From assembly GCA_965215195.1 (NCBI GenBank), contig CBDCDC010000002.1, forward strand, positions 640,001 to 704,000: a stretch of DNA of 64,000 bases, written 5' to 3'. Below are positions 58,487 to 64,000 of this stretch, piece by piece; within the stretch, counting starts at the first letter, position 1; each line of letters starts with the position of its first letter. A program made the translations under genes and the position numbers. The DNA comes from Candidatus Latescibacterota bacterium (lineage in GTDB: Bacteria; Latescibacterota; UBA2968; UBA8231). Under the pieces are notes generated by a model. It searched no databases. It was not told the origin of the DNA and saw only the letters and a program-made list of their open reading frames with translations.

Positions 58487-60760
58487 TCAATTTCTCAGTG
58501 GTTTACCCGTGTGCAGCATGTGCGCAATGCGCTGTCGCGTGCGCTCGGTGCCGCATAGTTGCAGAAAGACCTCGCGTTCCAAATTAAGCAAGTGGCGCAC
58601 CCCTACTTTCCGGCGCGCCCCACCACCTCCCGTAAGCACCCGCGCCAGCCCGCGTCCTACGACCGCGTCGTGCTCGCTGAGCTGCCCAGCAGCCCGGCCT
58701 TCATCTAGGCGCTCGTGCAAAAGCGCCAGCCCTTCGTCTCCAGTGACCTCTACTCCATCCGGCGCATCAGCGCAGTAGCCGGCGGCGAGCAGGCTGCGCA
58801 ATTTGGCTGCGGCCCGCTTTAGGAGTTGGCCTTCGGCAAAGGCAATCTCGTCCTCAGTGCCGAGGAGGCCCCACGCTCGGGCTTGGAAGGCGTTGTCGCT
58901 GAAGTTCCCGGTAAAAATCGTCTCAAACGCGGATGCTATATCGCTTGCTCCCCTCCGCGCCATCTCCATACAGCCGCCGCTGCCGGGGATCAGGCCGACC
59001 TTGGTCTCCACCAAGCCCATGCCTAGTTCAGCCGTCGCCACGCGTGCATTGGCCCCCAAGGCAAACTCGCACCCGCCTCCCAGCACCAAGCCGCGAAGGG
59101 CCGCGACGACCGGAAAAGGCGCGTAGCACAGCGCTTGCACGGCCTCTTGAAAGGCCGCGACAAACGCCTCCAGACCCGGCCAATCGCTCTCATCGACGAG
59201 CTTGGCCACGTGCTTCAAGTCGGCACCGACCGAGAACAAGCGGCCAGATCCGGCGAGCACCAAGCCGGCAAAGGGGGCCGTATCCACCGCACGATGGACA
59301 GCTTCCAGCGCCGCTGGCCCCAAGGCGTTCATCTTGCCGCTGAAAACCAGTGCCCCCAGTCCATCGTCCAACTCGACCAAGTACGCCCCAGCATTGGACC
59401 AGATGGCTCGCTCGGCAGCTAGCTTATCCCAATCGTCTGCTGGCGGTTGCCAGCTTTCGCGCCGCAACCGGGTCGGCGAGAACGCGCCCTGCTCTCCGTA
59501 GAAATGCGTTTCACCTGCGGTGAGCAATTGGGCCGCGAGATCGGGTACGCGCTGTTGGTGGGCTTCCAGAGCACTGACGACTTCTTCGACGCCGAAGAGA
59601 TCCCACAACTCAAAAGGCCCTAGCGCCCAGTTAAATCCCCAACGCATAGCCTGATCGATTTGGACGATATCACCAGCTATGTCGGCGGCGTGCTCGGCGG
59701 CGTAGGCTAGCACAGCCGTGAGATGCGCCCTCCCTAGCTGGCCCCACGCGCCTGGATCCTCCCATAAGGCGCGGAGGCGGCGCACTGGGGAACGCTCGCT
59801 CAATGCCGATTCCAAGGTCTTTACCTTTTGCACGGGTCGGTACGCGAAGGTCTCCAAGTCGAGGGCCTCGATGCCCGCCTCGGCCTTGCGGTAGAACCCG
59901 GCATTGACCTTGGCCCCGAGCAAATTCTCCTCCAACATTCGCCGATAAAATGCCGGCAGAGCAAAAAGCGACCGCCACGGATCCGCCGGCAACCCCTCGT
60001 AGCTGGTCTCGGCCACATGTGCGACCGTGTCCAAGCCCACGATGTCGCAAACGCGCAAGGTCGCGCTTGGGGGCCGCCCCATCAGGGGGCCGGTCAGCGC
60101 GTCAACTTCGGCCACGTCCAACCCGTTCCGCTCCATCCTCTGCAACATGTCGCAGACCGCGAAAATCCACAGGCGATTGCCGATGAAATTAGGCGTATCC
60201 CGGCTACAGACCACGCCCTTGCCCAACTCCCCAGTGAGGAAATCCCCCATCTGCTGGACGATGGCCGGCTCGGTGTCAGGCCCGGGTATGACTTCGACCA
60301 GCTTCATGTAGCGCGGCGGATTAAAGAAATGCACCCCGAGGAAGCGGCGGCTAAACTCCGGCGACCGGCCGCGAGCCAACTCGGCGATAGATAGCCCCGA
60401 GGTATTGCTGCTAATGACCAATCCGTCGTGCAGGTACGGCTCCAGCCGAGCCAGCAACGCCCGCTTGGGCGCGTGCGCTTCTACTACGGCTTCAATAACC
60501 CAATCGGCCGCTCCAACGCAGGCTAGATCCTCCATGCTCCCCAGCTCAATGCGTTGGGCCATCTCCGCTAGATAGAAAGCGGGAGGCCGGCTCGCGAGGG
60601 CCTTCTCCAGCCCCTGACGTGCGCGGCCCGCCTCATCGCCGGCCAGCGGCAAGTCGAGGAGGCGCACCTTGTGGCCCGCACAGGCGAGCAGAGCCGCGAT
60701 TTGCCCTCCCATGACCCCGGCACCGAGTACCACTACATTTTTCACGTTTTCATTCGCCAT
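58487..60760 (-). CDS. 3-hydroxyacyl-CoA dehydrogenase / enoyl-CoA hydratase (FadN-like)
   Basis: GAGVMG, IEAVVE, SNTSG, HFFNPPRY, LGGGCE, GLIPGSGG, TGKPLRN. Confidence 0.92.
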   Translation of the reverse strand: MANENVKNVVVLGAGVMGGQIAALLACAGHKVRLLDLPLAGDEAGRARQGLEKALASRPPAFYLAEMAQRIELGSMEDLACVGAADWVIEAVVEAHAPKRALLARLEPYLHDGLVISSNTSGLSIAELARGRSPEFSRRFLGVHFFNPPRYMKLVEVIPGPDTEPAIVQQMGDFLTGELGKGVVCSRDTPNFIGNRLWIFAVCDMLQRMERNGLDVAEVDALTGPLMGRPPSATLRVCDIVGLDTVAHVAETSYEGLPADPWRSLFALPAFYRRMLEENLLGAKVNAGFYRKAEAGIEALDLETFAYRPVQKVKTLESALSERSPVRRLRALWEDPGAWGQLGRAHLTAVLAYAAEHAADIAGDIVQIDQAMRWGFNWALGPFELWDLFGVEEVVSALEAHQQRVPDLAAQLLTAGETHFYGEQGAFSPTRLRRESWQPPADDWDKLAAERAIWSNAGAYLVELDDGLGALVFSGKMNALGPAALEAVHRAVDTAPFAGLVLAGSGRLFSVGADLKHVAKLVDESDWPGLEAFVAAFQEAVQALCYAPFPVVAALRGLVLGGGCEFALGANARVATAELGMGLVETKVGLIPGSGGCMEMARRGASDIASAFETIFTGNFSDNAFQARAWGLLGTEDEIAFAEGQLLKRAAAKLRSLLAAGYCADAPDGVEVTGDEGLALLHERLDEGRAAGQLSEHDAVVGRGLARVLTGGGGARRKVGVRHLLNLEREVFLQLCGTERTRQRIAHMLHTGKPLRN

Positions 60761-61007
60761 TTTTCCCTCCCGTCGGGAAGAGGGAGAGTTGATCCGGGTT
60801 TGGGGGCATCGCCCTCCCGCGCAAGAGCAGCGGCCCCTCGTGGTGCAGGGACAACCAGTGCTCGATCTCGCTCTGGCGAAACCGCACTAGCCTGCCAAAT
60901 CTATAGTGGGGAATCTGGCCTCGACGAACGAAGCGATGCACAGTGGAGGGCGAACAGCGGAGATAGGCGGCGACCTCTCCGACGATCATCATCTGTTTCT
61001 GCCCCAT
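60750..61007 (-). CDS. Excisionase-type (HTH_17) DNA-binding protein
   Basis: EVAAYLRCSPSTVHRFVRRGQIPHYRFGRLVRF. Confidence 0.85.
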   Translation of the reverse strand: MGQKQMMIVGEVAAYLRCSPSTVHRFVRRGQIPHYRFGRLVRFRQSEIEHWLSLHHEGPLLLRGRAMPPNPDQLSLFPTGGKNGE

Positions 61008-61025
61008 AGCTCTGCACCCAAGTGC

Positions 61026-61466
61026 TCAGCAACGCAGAAGGCGGTCGGCGATAAAGAAATTGTTGTCAGTCTCTTGGATAGAAACTTCGATGTGGTACTG
61101 ATAACCGCGCCGTGGGAACAGCTTCTGCAATATCTCGACTGCTTGGCCGAGGCAGTACTCAGCTACGTTTTCTACACTCGGATTTTCGCCTGGCATGACC
61201 ACGACTCCCTGCGGATCGAAGAGCTTGGGATCGAGAAAGGTCGTATCCCGTGCGGAAATCAACATCTTGTGGTCCAAGAATTTGAAGATGTCCTTGAGCG
61301 CACCGAAGTCAACGGACATATCTAGTTTTGCCAGCCGCGGAAAGCACTCGGTGCGGACGACAAACGCGCCGCGCCAAGTATGCCCGTGGACGTAGGCGCA
61401 TTTGCCATCGTAGTCTAGCTGCCGATGGGCGGCGTGGAACTTACCTCGGGCCTTAATGGTCTCCAT
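61026..61466 (-). CDS. queD: 6-carboxytetrahydropterin synthase / PTPS family protein
   Basis: FHAAHR, CAYVHGH, VDFG, LDH, PSVENVA, ETDNN. Confidence 0.85.
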   Translation of the reverse strand: METIKARGKFHAAHRQLDYDGKCAYVHGHTWRGAFVVRTECFPRLAKLDMSVDFGALKDIFKFLDHKMLISARDTTFLDPKLFDPQGVVVMPGENPSVENVAEYCLGQAVEILQKLFPRRGYQYHIEVSIQETDNNFFIADRLLRC

Positions 61467-61725
61467 GCGAGCTATCTCCCCCGACCCCTGCCAGCGCTTT
61501 CTCCAAGCGAGTGCGGTAGTACCAAGTCCCCACCGACGCGAGGGCCTGCAACGCGATGACGTAGTAGAGTGCCTTGCCAGTCGCTCGCACCCACTCTGCT
61601 GTCGAGACCGTGGTTAGGATGATGATGAGCGCGAAAGCCGCGAGTATGACCCCGGTGTTGATGCGGAGCATCTTCTGGCATAGTGCCAGTGCTTTGTGCC
61701 GGGCTGCGTTGGTGTCTTCCGCCAT
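61453..61725 (-). CDS. Small two-TM hypothetical protein
   Basis: Two hydrophobic segments; starts 3 bp after the dxr stop and overlaps the queD start. Confidence 0.6.
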   Translation of the reverse strand: MAEDTNAARHKALALCQKMLRINTGVILAAFALIIILTTVSTAEWVRATGKALYYVIALQALASVGTWYYRTRLEKALAGVGGDSSHGDH

Positions 61726-61728
61726 AAA

Positions 61729-62895
61729 TTATCCCGTCTGCCCGGCGACCCACTCCCGGGCCAGCCGCCGGGCGCAGCGGTCCTCGTCTAATATGGATTC
61801 GAGGGAAACCGCCCCCTGCGTGCCGCAGTGCGCAAGCACGTCGCAGTTCAGGTCGGCGATATCGAGGAACCCGATTTGCCGCGCCAAAAAAGCTCCCACA
61901 GCTTCCTCATTGGCCGCGTTGAGAGCGGCTGGAAAGGTTCCGCCACTCCGACCTGCTTGGTAGCACAGATCCAGACCGGGAAAATTCGCTCTGTCCGGAG
62001 CGGCGAAACTCAGCTGGCCCACTTGCTCGAGGTCGAGGTTGTCGAGAGGCACCGCCCGCCGCTCTGGGTGGGTTAGCGCGTATTGGATCGGCAGCAGCAT
62101 ATCGGTCTTGCCCATGTGAGCCAACAGCGATCCATCGGCGAATTCAACCAGTGCATGCACAACGGACTGGCGGTGGACGACCACATCCACTTGTTCGACC
62201 GCCACGCCAAAGAGCCAAGCAGCCTCAATGACTTCAAAGCCCTTGTTCATCAGGGTTGCCGAATCCACGCTGATTTTGGGACCCATTTTCCAAGTGGGGT
62301 GATCGAGGGCCTGCTCTGGGGTGATGTCGCGCATTTGCTCGCGGCTGTGCCCAAAGAACGGCCCCCCAGAGGCCGTGAGGATGATCCGCTTCAGGCTTTT
62401 GCGATTTTCGCCCTTCAGGCACTGCCAAATGGCATTGGGCTCGCTGTCCAACGGCAGCACGGTCCCCCCGCCGCGCCGGGCTTGCTGCAAAATTAGCCCG
62501 CCGGCCATAACCAAGGGCTCCTTGTTGGCCATAGCCACGGTCTTGCCTTGCGCCAACGCCGCCAGCGTCGGAGCGAGGCCGATGGCACCGACGAGCCCAT
62601 TGAGCACTAGATCGGCCTCCGGCATGGTGGCTAGCTCGCACAGCCCCTCTTCGCCGCAAACTACCTCGACCCGCGGCACTGTGCTCTGCACCTGTTTTCT
62701 AGCTTCGGCGTCTAGAGCGCAGATTTTTTGCGGCTGCCAGCGGCGGGCACGTGCGATCAGCTTTTCGACCTTGGTCCCACCTCCTAAGCCCACGACCTCG
62801 TACCCATCTCCCAAGTTTTCGAGGACCTTGAAACACGTGTCGCCAATGGACCCGGTGCAGCCGAGGACGACGATTTTTTTAGGGTCGTCAGCCAT
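61729..62895 (-). CDS. dxr: 1-deoxy-D-xylulose-5-phosphate reductoisomerase
   Basis: LGCTGSIG, ANKE, PLDSE, TASGGPF, HPTWKMGPKISVDSATLMNKGFEVIEA; ATG 62895. Confidence 0.95.
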   Translation of the reverse strand: MADDPKKIVVLGCTGSIGDTCFKVLENLGDGYEVVGLGGGTKVEKLIARARRWQPQKICALDAEARKQVQSTVPRVEVVCGEEGLCELATMPEADLVLNGLVGAIGLAPTLAALAQGKTVAMANKEPLVMAGGLILQQARRGGGTVLPLDSEPNAIWQCLKGENRKSLKRIILTASGGPFFGHSREQMRDITPEQALDHPTWKMGPKISVDSATLMNKGFEVIEAAWLFGVAVEQVDVVVHRQSVVHALVEFADGSLLAHMGKTDMLLPIQYALTHPERRAVPLDNLDLEQVGQLSFAAPDRANFPGLDLCYQAGRSGGTFPAALNAANEEAVGAFLARQIGFLDIADLNCDVLAHCGTQGAVSLESILDEDRCARRLAREWVAGQTG

Positions 62896-62911
62896 TTCAG
62901 TTGGGGCGAAT

Positions 62912-64000
62912 TTAGCTGCTGTCGCCCCCTCTGCGGCCTCCGTTGCGCGGTCGACGACCGCTCCCATTGCGGGCATCGTTGTTGCGCCGGTCGCCGCGGC
63001 CCCGCTCGGTGTGGCGCACCACCTGCGTCTGGCGCACGACCACGACCTTGACTTGGCCCGCAAAGGTCAATTCGGCCTTGACGCGCTCGGCTATATCGAA
63101 TGCCAGCATCTCGGCGTCTTCGTCCCCGATCTGTTCGCCGCAGACCATGACGCGAATTTCGCGGCCAGCGTTGATAGCGTACACGTCTTTAACGCCTTCA
63201 AACGAAGTCGCGATTTCTTCCAAGCGCATGATGCGGCGGGTATAGCCTTCGAGATCTTCGCGCCGCCCCCCGGGCCGTATCGACGATATGGTATCGGCCG
63301 CCTTGACCAAGAAGCAGATCGGCGATAGACGCTCGTGGTCCTCGTGGTGCTCGGCGATGACTTCCCTGACGATCGGATGCTCGTTGAATCGCTCGCTCAG
63401 CTTAATGCCCAATTCGACGTGGCCCCCTTCCATCTCCTTGCTGACGGTCTTGCCGATATCGTGCAAGAGGCCCGCCCGCTTGGCCAACGCCACATCTAAT
63501 CCTACCTCGGCGGCCATCCCCCCGGACAAATGGGCGACCTCTAGGCAGTGCTGTAGGAGGTTTTGCCCAAAGCTAGCGCGATATTTGAGCATGCCCACGT
63601 AATAGGGCAAATCGGCGTGGTATTGGCGGGCCCCAATCTCGCTGAGAGCACTCTTGCCGACCTCGACCATGTCTTGGTCTAGGGCCTTGCGGCACTTCTC
63701 TACCACTTCCTCGATTCTGGTCGGAGTAAAGCCGCCACCGCCAATTAGCTGATGCATCGCACGACTGGCCACTTCGCGCCGCGCTGGATCGTAGGACGAA
63801 AGCAACACGGCGTCGGGCGTATCATCGACCACGACTTTGACTCCGGTCGCCGTCTCAAATGCGCGCACATTGCGCCCTTCCTTGCCGATGATGCGACTTT
63901 TGATTCCCTCGTTGGGCAAGGGCACGGTCGAGGTGACCAAGTGGACGGTCTCTTCAACTGCACAGCGCTGAATGGCTTGGGCGATGATTTTTTTGGCTTC
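62912..64000 (-). CDS. rny: Ribonuclease Y (5' end outside the window)
   Basis: KH domain RIIGKEGRNVR, HD motif LLHDIGK, YAINAGREIRV. Confidence 0.92.
   Translation of the reverse strand, partial: EAKKIIAQAIQRCAVEETVHLVTSTVPLPNEGIKSRIIGKEGRNVRAFETATGVKVVVDDTPDAVLLSSYDPARREVASRAMHQLIGGGGFTPTRIEEVVEKCRKALDQDMVEVGKSALSEIGARQYHADLPYYVGMLKYRASFGQNLLQHCLEVAHLSGGMAAEVGLDVALAKRAGLLHDIGKTVSKEMEGGHVELGIKLSERFNEHPIVREVIAEHHEDHERLSPICFLVKAADTISSIRPGGRREDLEGYTRRIMRLEEIATSFEGVKDVYAINAGREIRVMVCGEQIGDEDAEMLAFDIAERVKAELTFAGQVKVVVVRQTQVVRHTERGRGDRRNNDARNGSGRRPRNGGRRGGDSS

Noticed and set aside
62896-63063. Extended N-terminus of Dxr in the ORF track
   Set aside because: Overlaps the rny 3' end; family homology starts at MADDPKKIVVLG

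Overview
A GC-rich bacterial chromosomal window, mostly minus-strand operons. The gene repertoire (BamA-type outer-membrane protein, DUF6785, Uma2, Rpn-like gene) suggests a diderm of the Latescibacterota/PVC-like type, but that is inference only. Housekeeping genes: GDH, FtsH, an E2 acyltransferase, HemE, KorAB flanked by two CBS proteins, MsrAB, a sigma-70 factor, Dxr, RNase Y, a QueD-like protein and tRNA-Asn(GTT). The best candidate for an undescribed system is a translationally coupled three-gene membrane module at 3.8-13.6 kb. It encodes a DUF6785-type polytopic protein, a ~1470-aa fusion of an apparently inactive PA/M28 peptidase to an FtsX/MacB permease with no ATPase nearby, and an OPT-like transporter carrying FN3-like, tandem PDZ and DxDxDG domains plus a CCCH zinc finger. 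A divergent M20/M42 peptidase sits upstream, and a J-domain/CesT/PspA/flavin oxidoreductase/spermidine synthase cluster follows downstream on the same strand. Also directly visible: an 885-bp IS982-like element with 16-bp TIRs and a TAGTA target duplication splitting an Rpn-like gene; a 213-bp collinear telescoped relic of a paralog of that gene; a RidA pseudogene eroded in the same multi-deletion style; a degenerate UvrA paralog; REP-like hairpins; and a compositionally distinct GT2 gene beside the tRNA. All family assignments come from motif recognition, not database searches.
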